From contig CM102286.1 of NCBI GenBank assembly GCA_046563655.1, forward strand, positions 2,480,001-2,544,000: DNA of 64,000 nt, given 5' to 3'. Shown here piece after piece: positions 24,701-37,442 of this stretch; the first letter of the stretch is position 1, and each line of letters begins with the position of its first letter. Made by a program: the position numbers and the translations under genes. The notes beneath the pieces are model-generated. The model searched no databases. It was not told where the DNA came from and saw nothing but the letters and a program-made list of their open reading frames with translations. The stretch is from Yuukianura sp. NJ FZ-2021 (Eukaryota).

Positions 24701-27133
24701 AGGAACTTAAACTTAGGAATCAAACTATAACGTTCTACAGCAGCAACCATGGAAGCAGCATTTCCATCTCACAAAACTTAAAACCAATCAAAGAAAGAAA
24801 AAAGTACATAAAGTTCTTCAACTTTCGAAATCAAATTTTTGAAATCCTCCCACGTCTCTTTCATTCAAAGAAAATTTTCATACGAAGCAAAAAGCTTATT
24901 TCCAAAAAGAAATATTTAGTTCAGGATTCGTACTCTTGACTTTCTCTAGTGTCATCATCATCTTCACTTTTTTTGAAGAGCTCTCTAGAAACTTTTTTTT
25001 TTGAATTTTCGAAGAACATTTTCAAAAAACGTAAGATTGAACCAAATGGAGAAAAGTTCATAAAAATTTGGTATTCTTTGTACTTTGAGCTCATAAGCCC
25101 ATTTGAGAGTCCCTGAACTCTCATCTTCATCTTCAAAATGGAGTTAACTAATGTAATCCAAACATTATTTTACAGTAAGGTCCGGAAGTGGGAGCCATTC
25201 ATGTCAAACCACTTACAAATAAAGCCACTTTACTCTAGAACTCAAGAGCAGAAAAAGCAGAGGTCAGGCCTTCTTGACTTTCAAAATGGCAGGAAATAGT
25301 CACTTTCAAAAATGGGAAATTGAGAAAAATTTCTACTTTGTTTTTGAAAAATTTATGTTATGAACTTTTGAAATCTGAGAACATAATGATTATGATACTA
25401 CTGTTGAAACATAGTTTTTTTTTTATGTTTTGAAGAACTAGGAAAATTGTTGTTTTATGTAACCTAACACGATAAAATGAGCAACCTCATTGAGTTCCTT
25501 CACGTACTTGGGAGAAGGAATTGCGATGTGCATGATAATGAGGAAAGTCATTTGACGACTATTTCAGAAGTAAACACTCAGGATTTCCAAGAATTTTGCA
25601 GAGATTTTGGAAATTTTTTAGAAATTGAGAACTTGAATAGGAATATGAAGATTTAAGCGAAGCGGGAATTATGTAGAGCCGCGCTGTTTTAAAAGACGTT
25701 TTAAAAAGATAAGAAATGACGAACATTCTTTTCCCAAGTGTCATCTTTTTACCTTGACTTACTTGATCTCTGATCAACCATTTACGTAACCTAGCATATT
25801 TTGTACATAACTCTGTGCAATGTTGAAATAATACGATACACAAAAGTTCTACCGCCAGGGTTCCACAAAAGCCAGGTACCGATTCATCCGGTACCGTTTT
25901 TTCGGGTATTTCAAAGGTATGTGCTACTTTTCGGTACCAGCACTCCAGCAGCTCACGCCGACAGACGAGTCGTAGCTATACAATATCTTGCCTTATTTTG
26001 TGGTTGATACGTATGTAGGGCGGTATTGGCTCCCGGTACCGTTAGGTATTGAGAGTGGGTACCGCGGTATAATAAACATCACTTGTAGAAAAACTGCCAC
26101 CAACATTTCAGAATACAAGTATAAATTGGTTACACTGCGGCTAACAAGCGTATAGCAAGTCTACAACAAAATGTCGAAACCACTCACCGCTTGCACACGT
26201 TTCCCATAAGCCACAATTTGAATTCCAAGAAGCGGGAAACTCTCGCTCAGGAATTCTTACCCAAAGTAGCCTTCCATAACTTTTATTCCTACTTCATATT
26301 CCTTCATCCTTCACTTTTATAGTTCCAGGAAGGAAGTAATCCACCAATCCAACAAAACCTAACAGAAGATACACATGCAGCCTTTCCCCGCACTCATTCT
26401 TATGAAATTCTGTCAAGCAAAACGACAAAAAGAAAGTGTAGGGATTACATTTTTCCAACTTTTCCGCCTGTCTATTGTCTCCGAAGCATTTTTTCTTAGT
26501 ACCTTCTATCTTTCCTTTCTTATTTTTCTTGACCTTTGACCTTCACACGTCTTTTTCACACTCTCAGACGGAAATTGAAAGCCATTATAAACGAATGCCG
26601 CTCTTTGTAAATAGAATACCGCATTTCCTCGCATATAACTACGTACAACATGGTTATCTGTTTAATTAAACCCAAACTGTTTGTATCAACAGAATACCGT
26701 ATTTCCTCGCACATACTGCCCACACGAAATATCTACAATCGAAGAAAGAAAAGTTTTCTCATATTTTTGAAAGTTGTGAACATTTTTTTAAACAAAACCT
26801 GAACATGTATTTTCAGGTGACTTCTTTGGAATGGATCACGATCAGTACGAAGACACAATGACCAAGGAATGCTTGGCTGCGCAGGAGGGTACTGAAAATG
26901 GTAAATACGGCGCAGGCGTTTACGAGTCCCAGAGTACCTACGATCCATTCAACCTCCACATGGGACAAATGACAGTGTACCGATTGCATATTTCCTGCTC
27001 ATGCGCACAGGATCCTGTGCCAGGAAATACCGGGCGTTGTGGCCGGATTCTACCGATGGATGAGCAACCCTGGACAGGCTACATGGGCTCTAGAGCAGAT
27101 TCCCATTTCGCGGGAGTTCCAAAAAGTAAATAA
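6800..27133 (+). CDS. FAM234-family type II membrane protein with FG-GAP-like beta-propeller repeats; 13 coding exons: 6800-6979, 7061-7181, 7251-7499, 7573-7781, 7839-8010, 8357-8583, 9059-9240, 10175-10271, 10736-10922, 11344-11469, 21046-21561, 21758-21913, 26817-27133
   Basis: Acidic N-terminus (SDVDDDVFIR), one TM segment, and repeated Ca-binding-type motifs (LDVNGDGVEDIILG, DITGDGVRDCL, DVNDDQIPDIL, DITSDGIEDIV, YFNEDNVPDFLV). C-terminus ends QPWTGYMGSRADSHF. All 12 introns are GT-AG and phase-compatible, including a 9.6-kb and a 4.9-kb intron. Confidence 0.85.
10322..10718. mobile_element. MITE with ~95-bp terminal inverted repeats, Tc1/mariner-like end
   Basis: 10322-10414 (..CAAGGGGACATTTCCAACCGGTCGTCAAGTTTTTGAATTTAAAAAA..TGCAGTAGTT) is the reverse complement, with a few mismatches, of 10625-10718. 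The right end reads TA|CGAGGG on the minus strand. The element fills most of FAM234 intron 8. Confidence 0.85.
14821..15311 (-). CDS. Small secreted propeptide (103 aa), 3 exons 15311-15245, 15149-15093, 15008-14821, nested antisense in FAM234 intron 10
   Basis: Spliced ORF MKSITLVAILVVSLSAAVLSDTGYYYAPEYANYGNVEEQLQGLARTKR-GVDPASLAFLTGVAAGGIFGPILYNKLYGWKQGWVEPQGWAEPVKGWAEPTKGGY*. It has a signal peptide, furin site RTKR and two phase-1 GT-AG introns. TATAAAA lies on - at 15417-15424. Confidence 0.85.
16025..16370. mobile_element. Degenerate non-autonomous DNA element with (AT)CCGGAT/TTCGGAT subterminal repeats
   Basis: Clusters of ATCCGGA/TTCGGAT at 16025-16070 and 16294-16360, ending in ..GGATTCACACCGCTA. 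No TSD found. Confidence 0.45.
18547..19001 (+). mobile_element. tRNA-derived SINE with poly(A) tail and 15-bp TSD
   Basis: GC-rich island with a tRNA-like head: A-box-like GTAGGCCGGGGGG and T-arm/B-box GGGTTCGAGTCCC at 18614-18626. It ends in an A-run and is flanked by the direct repeat AAATAGAGTTTCAAA (18532-18546 and 19002-19016). Confidence 0.9.
19680..20056. repeat. Foldback-like element built from ~10-bp TATCAAC/GTTGATA subrepeats
   Basis: The left half is rich in (G/A)TCAAC(T) and the right half in AGTTGA(T/C)A, i.e. imperfect inverted symmetry around ~19890. Confidence 0.6.
25830..26082. mobile_element. Decayed MITE-like element with GGTACC(G) subrepeats
   Basis: At least five GGTACC copies plus several GGTATT in 250 bp. 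The right end ..AAACATCACT resembles an AGTGATG-type terminus; the left end was not identified. Confidence 0.45.
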
Positions 27134-30100
27134 GGAAGCACCCGCAACCTACTTCTACCATGAGGAATCTAGAACTGCATTATTGGTTTCTGTTTCGGAT
27201 GTAGAAGTTGAAGTACTTGTGGCAGTGATGGCAGGAATACATGAATCAAAAATTCGTGGTAAGACGTAGGACAGAAATCGTTGAAAAAAAGGATTTTCTT
27301 TTTTTCTAAAAATTGAGTCTGGGAATCTTGATTTTTTTTCAAAACGTAAAGTAATGTCTCCGAAATGTTTCCTGAATAAACTGAAATAGCTTAGAAATGG
27401 GATCAGTAGCAGTTGCAGTCAATAGAATCCGGAATATGTAGACAACACATCTACTTGTCTCTTGGGAATGTTGGAAATTTCACTTCCGCTTACTCCGAAA
27501 TGCGCAAATCATGTAATCTCTCGCTGATTTCGTCTTTTCTTTAAGAAAAAATACACTTCATTTTGAAAGATACAGAAAAAAAAATACAAAGAAAAACTCT
27601 TCCTACTGATATTTTTTTCAACACACCTAACTCAAGTTTTGTACACCAATGTAATGCTTTCAACTTTCAAGTTTTAGTTCTACAACAAGTTGAAAAGTTT
27701 GTAGATTTGAAGAATTTTTGATTCTGATAGAATTCTGTGTTGTGTGTTTGCTTAAACTTTGGAGGGTATAAAACTAAGGTTCTGATGAAAGACTAAAAAA
27801 AACAAAATTAAAAAAAAACTATCAAAAATTGAAACTTGGGTGTTAAATTTTTAGACTAGTTTGAATTTATTTACTGTAGAAAATGTTTACTATAAATTTT
27901 TTTACTAAAGTTATTTTTCGGATTCCACACATGTGTATACACTTCCATTTTCTTATTTCTCGCACTGCCGACGCTTTTGTGTAACAATTGAATTGGTTTT
28001 ATCCACGTGACCTGCATTTTTATTTCAAAATTTTTCCGTTTTAAAAAAGAAAAATTGTTTTCAATAGGTTTCCTTTCAGTAATACAGAAGCCTTCACTTC
28101 TATTGAAAAAAAGTTAAACTAGTAATGTGTTTGCAAGTGTTTGCAATTGAATGTAAATAGAAATTAAAAAGTAGATTAGCTTAAGTTTACCTTAGTTTAA
28201 AAAATACGTAAAAATAAAATACGTCTTCACAAATATACGCAGCTACAAATATAATATCAACAACAATATAGTATATACACAGAAATGAAATTTTTTTTGG
28301 AAGTCTTAAGAAAAATAGAAATACGTAAGAGATTGGAATGGAGAAAGAATTGATTGAATAAAAATGTGGAGTGTTACGTTTTACTTCTTTTGGAAATGAT
28401 CAAAAAATTCTTGTTTTGACAGAAAATAAGGTCGGTCGGTACCATTGTAAATTGAATTTTTTTTACTTTTCGTTGCGTGACTAAAATTTGACGTCTACCA
28501 GAACGAAAACTAACAAATTGATGTTATCCATAACTTGAACGTAATCCGATTACGTTAGCCAAAAATACGTTCTCAGTAGTTACCATATGTTTGTTGCCTA
28601 ACCTAGCAATAATTTGATACATTTGTGTATAAAATTTTGGTCAGACTAACTTGATTTAGTCGGCTCAAGCGGACTATTTTTTGTAAAAACACTAGTATTA
28701 GACATCCATTTTTCTTCAGACCTTGACTACTTGACAACGCTGTACTTTTTAAGTCACCTTGTTCAATTTCTTCATGTTCCACAAAACTTTCGCAAAAGGT
28801 TTGCGCAATTTGTTGGTGTCATTTTGACAGATTGGGTAGTTAGCACTTGGGAAGAAAGTTTGGAAAGCTTGTGCCTAACCAACAACTTTTCTCTTGCTGC
28901 AACCTGACTTACCGATAACAGCGTCTTATTACGACATTAACTTAACTTCACAAGGGAATGTCCAAGTTTACCTAAAAGTTACAGAACATTGCGTGACTTT
29001 CTTCACTTTCCATTACTAACAATAAATCTCATGCCATAACAATAAGTTTCAACATTGCTTGCAGCAGAATTGACTAATCCTAATGATGGAATTCATCCAA
29101 AACAGTACAAAAGAAATAGAAAAAATGTAATACGTTTGGAGCACTCTCGTTTCATTTTAATCAGATTTCCTACAGTAACTTTTCGAATTTCATTTATTCT
29201 TCATTACATTTTGAAAATAAAAAAAATCGCGTTGAAAATTTTACAATCCCACGCAACTTAAATCCGAAGTCCTAATTTGTTCCAATGGTTACAAACATGT
29301 TAGTGCAAAGTTTACAAAAGTCGCGGATTAAGTTTGTCGTTAAAAAGAAGTTCAAATTTTCACAAATTTTTTTTTCAAAATAATTTTCTGCTGACTTTGA
29401 ATTTCTTTTTATCTCCATCTAACTTGTGGTTCCGTCGTCGATTTTTTTGAAATTTTGAAGAAAGTCAATTTTTCCAGAAGTCTGAATATAATCTTAAAGT
29501 GAAAGCCGTTGAACTTGGTTTATTTTGAACTTGGTAAAGTAAAGGCCACGGTTTTCTCTTTGAGTTTTCCTCCAGATTTGAATTTTTCACTTTTCCTTCC
29601 GCCATTTCTCTTTTAAGAAGCCAGAAGGACGGAAAAGTCGGGTCCTTAAAAGAGAAAGTTTGAACAAAAACATGAAATAGAAGAAAAGTTTGCTTTGATC
29701 CCGTAAACTTCTGAGGGAAAATAATGAGGTGGTTCCTGTATGATTAACATGGAAATAAGGAACAAGAGCGGATCTTCTGGAGTTATCTTAACCCCCACTT
29801 TCTCCTTGAGTTAAGCTATCATCTTCATACACTCTTCTTCAGTCTTCACTTAAAAAAAACTAGGAGGCAAAACTCAAACGAGCAAAGTACTAACAGCATA
29901 CGATGTAAACTTACCTTTTGCTTCAATTCAAAAAATTTTAACTTCCAAACAACAATTTTCACTTCATTATCTTCCGATCTTTTCATAATTAAAATCTCAC
30001 TATACGAAAACCTCCGCTTTTTACTTTGATTTTGCGGTTCCGTTTTTCTGAAAAAAAAAACGCCACCACTAAAACAAAAATTTACAAAAAAAACAAGTGA

Positions 30101-33100
30101 ATTTTGTAAAATATGGCAAAATTTCATTGTTAAAATTGCTTCAGTAGTTTCAGAATTGCTTGAACTGTTAAAGATGAGTTGCACAAGGTTTAGGCATGTC
30201 GCCATATCAGATAACCCTTGGGGAAGAAAGGAGAAATGTTAGGTTAAGATAAGGTTATGTTGAGATTAGGTTTTGGTTAGGCTAGGCTTTGAATTACAAC
30301 ATTACTTACTCTTACCATAGTGAAAATACTGAACTTTTTATATTGCGTCGCGACATTCGAACTGTTAGGAAATAGTTTCAAAAGAGGTATACATTTTTCT
30401 CATAACGAGATACATATCAGGACGATAAAGAGCCGCCGAACTACATTTTTCTTGTCAATAGTTACTTTCTCCAAAATGACACCATTGCAAACTTTTGTCG
30501 ACGCGTGCAAGATAAAAGTTCATTTCGAAATTTTTTTTTGAAAAGAAACTTACGAATAGAACTCTTTACAATTCTGCTTGTACGCGTGTAGTCTAAGTAC
30601 TGGCATATTATTAACTTTCGTTGTAAAAATCCTCGTCTGTTGAAAGGAAAAGAAAAACTTTCTCCTTTTACTACTGCCTGATTTCATTGCTCACCTGATG
30701 CCTTTTCGATGCTATACAATGGAAGTACAGTATGGCCCAAAAGATTTTGAACATTTCCAAGAAATAGTTTACTAAATCTCAGTATGCTTTCTCTTTTTAG
30801 AACTGATCATTTTGACTCATCCTGTCCAAACATGAATGATAGGGCGGGAAAAGCAGGGAAAGTTTAATTTCCCCAGGGATTTCGAACTCTACTCCCCCGT
30901 CTTAAACTGTAAAACTTAATTAGGAGAATACATTAATCCAAAAGGAGAGATTTCCAAAATTATCACATCAAACTTTCACCAACAAAGTTTATAATCTACT
31001 CCTCTTCTTCCTCCACAGCATCAAATTCTCCGTTACTCAGTTCAGTCTCTCAAAAAAAGATTCATTTCCTGCCTTAACTAAATTTGACACGTCTGGATTC
31101 GGAATTTAAAAATTTCTCTCTTTTTCAAAAAAATTTGTGTTCTGTTTTTAATGACTTGAACAATTGCGGGGAGAGGGTAGTACTTAAAAAGAAAAAGTTG
31201 AGCTGAACATAAAATATTTGGAGTTTTTAGTACTCTTTGGAGAGAAATTTCATGGCCAAATGAAGTAAGAGTTATGAGAGGGAATAATATAAATCAAGCC
31301 CCAATTTGTAGAATTACGGTAACGTCCACAAGGGATGTCGTAAAATATGATTCTTACAAAAAAAATTTGTGGAAGTTCTGGATAAGAAGTGCTGGAAGCC
31401 GGTTGTATTTTAAGTCCAAAACGTGATTCTGGACGAAAGTGAAAGTTTTAGACAATTTTTCTTAGCTGGAGAAAGTTACGGCTAATATAAAATTCCCTGT
31501 CAATTTTTTTTATATAAGAGTTCACCCTCTGCCCAAGTGAACCTAAAAAACTATTTATTAACTTGGGCACTTCCAAAAAAATGACATGACACATTCTCCT
31601 TGTGGCACAAAGAAAATGGAAAAAAGTAACTACGTTCCTTTCCTGAAATTTGATGAAGTTTCGAAAGAATACGTGATTTGAAAAACTTGAGCCAAAATAA
31701 AGCTGGCAAAATTTTTACCACATTTGACACAATATCATTTTTCATTTTTTTTAATTTCAATCACAAAATCACATATCTTACCACATCAGTGCCAATGGTA
31801 TAGTAATTAGTTTAGTTAAACAATTTATTTAATTTTACACTATTTTTCAATAACTAGTACATTTTTTTCAAGTTCGCAGTTTCGGATTTTTTTTTCAATC
31901 TCATTGCAGCTGTATTTCACTAAATGTTAAGTTTAAGTTTAACCAACCTAAGGCTTAACAGTTACCTAAGTTAATTTTAAAGTTAGCACCTTGTGTTTTA
32001 ATGGTTGTTTTCGATGGCGACCATCAGTTAACTAACTTGCAATTAGCTTTACTGTTTAACTTAATTAACATTAAATAGATACTAATCGTAAGTAAGTACA
32101 GCAATATAGTGGGCTATTATCTGGTGTTAACTATTTTTGGCATTTTTTCTTAAACGAAATTGCTTTAGGAATCATTATGGAAATAGAATGGATTCTGAAG
32201 GGCTCAATTTTCAGTTTCCACTTTTTTCCCATGACGTTCCAAAAAAATTTTTCACTGCCAAATCTAACCAATTTTCAACAAAAATCTGTAAGGGCGTAGT
32301 AAGTAATTTTTAATTAACTTTTTTTTTACTTAAAAAGTAATCTCAAGTTACAAATTACTCCAACTTTTACTGAAAATTACTCCAAAAATTTTCTTGGCAA
32401 CATTTTACCTTGTCGCCAGCTCTCCTTTTCTTCAAGATTTATGATTCGGAAAACTGGAAAAAATATAGCAGTTCTTAATTCTTTCGTTAACTTTCAGCAG
32501 TTCCAGTTCCAGTTCCAGCATTTTTTGAATTTCATAAAATTATGATTAACCAAGCGGAAAGTAAAGGACGATTTCCCTCGCAGTGACTTGGCTAGTACAA
32601 TGTGCTTTTAGTCTGCAAAAGTTTTAGTCCCTAAACTATGGATTTTGGAGTTTCATTTGGGAGATGATCTGGCTGGAGGACAGAATGCTCAGATTATTTG
32701 TCCAGAACAAGAGGACTTGTGTGCCAAAAGATTTATTCTCCACAAGACAAAATATATTTCCACATGAATTAATTCTATTTCAATTGGAACAACTCTAGCT
32801 TTGGCACAGAGAATGACTACTGGCAATTCACTTCACTTTCAAATCAAATGGAAATTGAACCAACTTTCACTCCAATGGACTCCGAGCAGTCGACTGAGAA
32901 AACAATGAAGTCCTTTTCAAAATATAAATTTCAATTTCGAGTTTGCCTATTTATACTTTAAAAAACACACTGCGCGATAATGTTTTATGTAGTATGCGCA
33001 AATATAGTCTACTTTCAGTTTTCTACTGCGTAGATAAACAATTTTCATACCATAATTTTAAATTGACTAAACCGGCTAATTTTAAATACAGTTTTGCTAC

Positions 33101-35417
33101 TAACACTGACGAATTATATTAACTTTGTAGAAAAACTTACAATCTCTGGCGTCACTTTTTAGATTTTTTTTTGCCGTGTTTTAATAATTTTTATAAAAGT
33201 TTATTCTTTTTTTGGTATTAGAAAAGCTACGGATTAAGCAATACAAAAGTAAAACAACTGTTAAAAAATTTTGAGTTTTTAAAGGTTTTTGGAAAAACGG
33301 ATTTTGGATTTAAGTTTTAGAATTTTGAAGAAATCCAGTAGCATTTCAGCCTGCCATGTGACACAGATAATGAAGCTCCGAAACACGTTTGCAAATAAAG
33401 TGAAAGTATTACCACGAAAATGGAATTACTTTTTGGAAAAATTCACTTCCGTGGAGGAACTGCGTTGTTTCTAGTAAATTATTCTAATTAAAATCCAAGG
33501 GAATGCGGATCTAAAGGGACGAAGAGCGTTCGCTGCCACTCCAGAAAGAAAATGGAAATTTCGAAATTCGCGCTTTGTCTTGATAAATGGTGTTTAAAGA
33601 TTCATTGGGCGCTTGGAATAGGCAAGAGTCATAACTCAGACTTAAGAATTTTGCAATCTCCGACATTCCTTCATGAATTTGTTCCGCTTCATTCTTCCTT
33701 TTCTAACTAACATTTTTAAGTTTAACTAAAACGTTAACGTGTAAGCTTATAATTTTGATCTACAAAAATACAAAATTTAAATTTTTAAAATCTGACGGGA
33801 ATCAATTTTGGCTCTTTTATGAAACCTCACCAATATTCTGCAATCTTTAACTAACTAGACTAAAAATTTACTCATACTTGTCCTTGCATTTTAAATTTCT
33901 TTTTGAACAAAAGTCAATATTTTGAATCTTATTTTTGAAGTGACCTGCGTGTTGTGAAGAATTCAAAATGTTTTGTTCATCTAAGTAGCATCTGAGCCTT
34001 GATTAAAAATTAGAACGTTTAGTAATCTCCCTTTGAATTTTTTACAGTTTAATTTCAAAATCTAAACACGGCTTGGTGTAAAATGCAAAACACTACCAAC
34101 GCATGGAAGGAAAAATTTAAAACTACAAAGCGAGGTGTAATTTGACTTAATGGAAGACAGATATGTTCAAAAACAGCAGCGTCGCAGTTTCTGCCTCTCT
34201 CGACAAAATTGCTTACTTCGTATACTTTTTTTTTAAATTTGAAGCCTTTGCCTGCTCTCGTTACGGTGTAAAAGGAAAGTTAATTTTTAATCCAAAAGTC
34301 TCCTGGAAGGGGAATCATCACCCACAGGCGGCACACGAAACAAAAGACTTTCTCCAGAGTGTGTTTAGATTGTAGAAAGTGCTTTTTAGCAGATGGGCTA
34401 AACCTAACGTAACTTAAAACCTACTTTTAACGAAAGTCACCGTACAACCTAACGTACAAAACGTACTTTATGGCCCATTGCATTATAAACACTCACATTC
34501 ATCTCGATTTTACAGTGGAAGTCCTAAGAACCTACACGCTGAAAGTAGTTTCTGTTCAAATATGACCCGAGCGACGCTGCTTCTGCGAAAAAAAATTTTA
34601 GCCTAACCCAATCTAATGTTTCCCGAGACGTTTCAACCTGACTGAGAAGCTTCTCTAAAGTTTGGTTAGTAAGGTTATTTTTTAAATGAAAGACTTACAA
34701 CTCAAAAAAAGAAGTTTGTAAAGTTTAGAATGAAGTGGAACGTGTTCTAAAACCACAAACGTCCCTGAACAATTCATGTCCCAACTTTTAAGTGCTAATT
34801 AAATTCAGAGGGAAAATTTAAAATAAGTTTCTGCCCTGCTGAATCCAAATTTGGTTCAATTTGAATGTACCTTGGAGGCCATTTTCTGTGTCACATAAAA
34901 AAAGCTTCACCCAAAAAGTTTTTCCAAAGACAATTTCCGTTTCCTCTACAAACCATTTTCAAAAGAAGAAAGCTAAAGAAAAAGCTGGAAAAAAATATTT
35001 TTAAAATGCAAATTGAATTACATGATGCACTTTTTTCAAAACCGGCAAAAAGTAAACCAACTTGATTTTTTTTGAAAAGAAACCTTTGCCATGTTTTTAA
35101 AACGCATTTTGTCAAAGAAAGAAAACGTCATTAATTTTGGAAATTGTGTTTACCCGTTTTTTTTTCTTTCCAGAGGTTGGTTGGCAAACTTTTTTGAAAT
35201 TTTTGATGACTTAGCAGGGACACTTTAATAAAAAAAAAAGTTTTGCAATGGAGAGCTTCATCTTGAGAATAGAAAACTGAACAAATCCAATTACCGTGCT
35301 ATTTTTCTTATAATGCTATTCTGTTCAAAACTTTCCCGCGAAAAGTTTTTCGAAAATTTCTTTGTCCCGAAACTTTTTCAAAAAAATGTCGCCAGACTAG
35401 TTTTTTTGAGAATTAGG

Positions 35418-35729
35418 TTATATACATGACTCTAGTAATTGGGTAGGGCTTAGAGTCGACTCTGTAAGTAAAACTGTTGTTGTTGTCGTCGGTATTGTGT
35501 GAACTATCGGTTGATGTTGAACTTGGACCGATTTGGTGGTAGTGGGCGTGGCTAAGTCCGGTACGGCTTGTTGCAGTATCACAGCCGTTTCGCGGTGACT
35601 AGTGCTGATTTCACGCAAGAAGATCAGTCCCGGTTCGGGGTCAGTGTCAAGGTCACGAGTGATTTCGGCTTCAGTGGCTCCTTGGACACAGGTCGGTTCA
35701 GGTACACGTGACTTTGGAGACAGTTCTGA
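35418..35729 (-). other. Candidate stop-codon readthrough extension of SPR (103 codons + TAA)
   Basis: The frame stays open after the TGA: SELSPKSRVPEPTCVQGATEAEITRDLDTDPEPGLIFLREISTSHRETAVILQQ...LLESCI*. Coding-like GC content collapses right after the second stop. Confidence 0.6.
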
Positions 35730-36914
35730 TCAAAGGACAGTTTCATTAGTAGCAAGCGTCCTTGGGCCATTGACGAGCGAGTACCGGTTTGAACCGTCCC
35801 GCCGACTCGCACTGCCTTTGACAAACATATCTTTAAAAGTTTCACGAAACTGGCGCGACATTCCACAATAAATGGCAAAGTTTATAGGATAAGTGAGGAT
35901 AATAATGAAATTTGAAAATAGGATGAACACATTGGCAAACTTGTAGTCTAGAAATTCCGTCACGGTAGAACTAATGATGTGCAGTACCGTGACAATGGCC
36001 AGAGGAATTTCAACAATTAAAAACACCGACACTACAACAATTAGCATCATTGTTGTGCAATTGGAGTCCCGCATTTTCTTGCATTCGTTTGACTTTTTGT
36101 TGTCTTTAAACAGTAAGTCCCGTTTGCGTTGAGCTTCCCGTAGAGCCCGGAATAGTAACAAGTTGAGGCCAATGAGGGCGCCACACGGGACCGTATGAAC
36201 AAACAACACACGAAACCAGTAGTAAATGTTAAAGTAAACGTCGGGTGTTAGAATATGTTCCACCCAATATGCAAGTTCCGATTTACAAACAACGTAGTGT
36301 TGACTTTCCCAAAAGATGTTACAGGGAACATAAACTCTGTCGAAGAAGCGGGTGGACTGATGGAGTGCTGCAGAGACGAAGATCCAGAAGATTCCTTTGA
36401 GTACCCGCGGCATTGTGCACCAAGTTCTGGCTACTGGGGCATGACAGACATAGATGTAGCGCTGGACGGCAAGGGCCAAAGTAAGCCAAATCGATGCCGT
36501 ATGGAACAAATTTGGAATGACTTCGTTCATCATGTTCCAAGCATAGCAGGCTGACAGGGGATAAAACGGTTTGACATGATTTCCAAAAGTGTACATGTAG
36601 AAGTGCCATGGAGCTGAGAAGAGGACTGTAAACATGTCAGCCAAGGCCATGGCCAGAAGGACGGAGTTGGTGGGAGTGCGCATGTGCCGTTTGGACAAAA
36701 CGATGACCACAAGAGTGTTGGCTACTAAAGTGATGACGCAGAGGAAGGGCATGATGTAACCGTAGAGTGGAACGGCATATTCAATAGGAAATTCGGTTGA
36801 AATGTTGAGGAATCGCATTTGATAGGCTGTTCCGTTTTCGTCAATGTGAGTACAATTGTCCCAGTCGTTGTCCCCAAACGGGACGAAAAGATCGTGGCCA
36901 TCCTCCATGTCCAT
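35730..36914 (-). CDS. SPR: Sex peptide receptor / myoinhibitory peptide (allatostatin-B) receptor, class A GPCR, single coding exon
   Basis: Seven TM segments with SPR-typical strings PLYGYIMPFL, ANTLVVIVLSKRHMRTPTN, FHTASIWLTLALAVQRYIYVCH, RDSNCTT, YPINFAIYCGMSRQFRETFK, and C-terminus RYSLVNGPRT..NETVL. First ATG is at 36914 with an in-frame stop upstream; a splice acceptor lies at ~36948. Confidence 0.96.
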   Translation of the reverse strand: MDMEDGHDLFVPFGDNDWDNCTHIDENGTAYQMRFLNISTEFPIEYAVPLYGYIMPFLCVITLVANTLVVIVLSKRHMRTPTNSVLLAMALADMFTVLFSAPWHFYMYTFGNHVKPFYPLSACYAWNMMNEVIPNLFHTASIWLTLALAVQRYIYVCHAPVARTWCTMPRVLKGIFWIFVSAALHQSTRFFDRVYVPCNIFWESQHYVVCKSELAYWVEHILTPDVYFNIYYWFRVLFVHTVPCGALIGLNLLLFRALREAQRKRDLLFKDNKKSNECKKMRDSNCTTMMLIVVVSVFLIVEIPLAIVTVLHIISSTVTEFLDYKFANVFILFSNFIIILTYPINFAIYCGMSRQFRETFKDMFVKGSASRRDGSNRYSLVNGPRTLATNETVL

Positions 36915-37442
36915 TTTGAAGTCCAATTACTGGATGGCTGTGCTAATCTATTCGAAAAATTCAAAAATTTGGAATCAGAAAATTAGTAACAATTTTTTCT
37001 TGAATTTCGAAGGTTGATGTGACATTCACCGCTGAATTTCAAAACTTAATTAAAAAAAACATCGTGACTAGAATTTTGAGAGCAAAATTAGCACCGCCAA
37101 TTTCAAAAATAGTACAAGCAAAGGCATCATTTTCAAAACCGTTTTGACGAAGTTTTAAAAACAGCAGCTTATGAATTTAAAAACGTAATACTTAATTCCC
37201 GCATTTCCGCGTACCCACATTCCTCTAATGTCGAAGTGGCAGATAAAAATCTTCCCTCTGTTTCTGGTTTTCACTTTTAGCAATTTCACTTTCATCTTTT
37301 TTTAATGTAGTTCATTTAAAGTGTCGCGTTTTGGTTTGTTTGTAGCAGTTTGGCTAGTTAGGGTAGTATTGTGCTATGTTTTCGTTTGTTGGGTTGGTTA
37401 GGGTTTTGTTATGTCTTTGAATAGATGCTGGAACAGGACAAC

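Noticed and set aside
26613..26716. Duplicated AGAATACCG(C/T)ATTTCCTCGCA motif as a transposon
   Set aside because: It resembles a pogo/Tc1 TIR start, but both copies are in direct orientation with no matching opposite end.
27140..35410. Short ORFs in the FAM234-SPR intergenic region and similar F/K/L-rich ORFs elsewhere in the track
   Set aside because: Their composition reflects poly-A/T tracts, many lack ATG starts, and they show no splice-consistent models or motifs.
35730..35732. Selenocysteine recoding of the SPR TGA
   Set aside because: The position is the conserved SPR terminus rather than a Cys-equivalent site, and I saw no SECIS-like structure downstream. Generic readthrough is more plausible.
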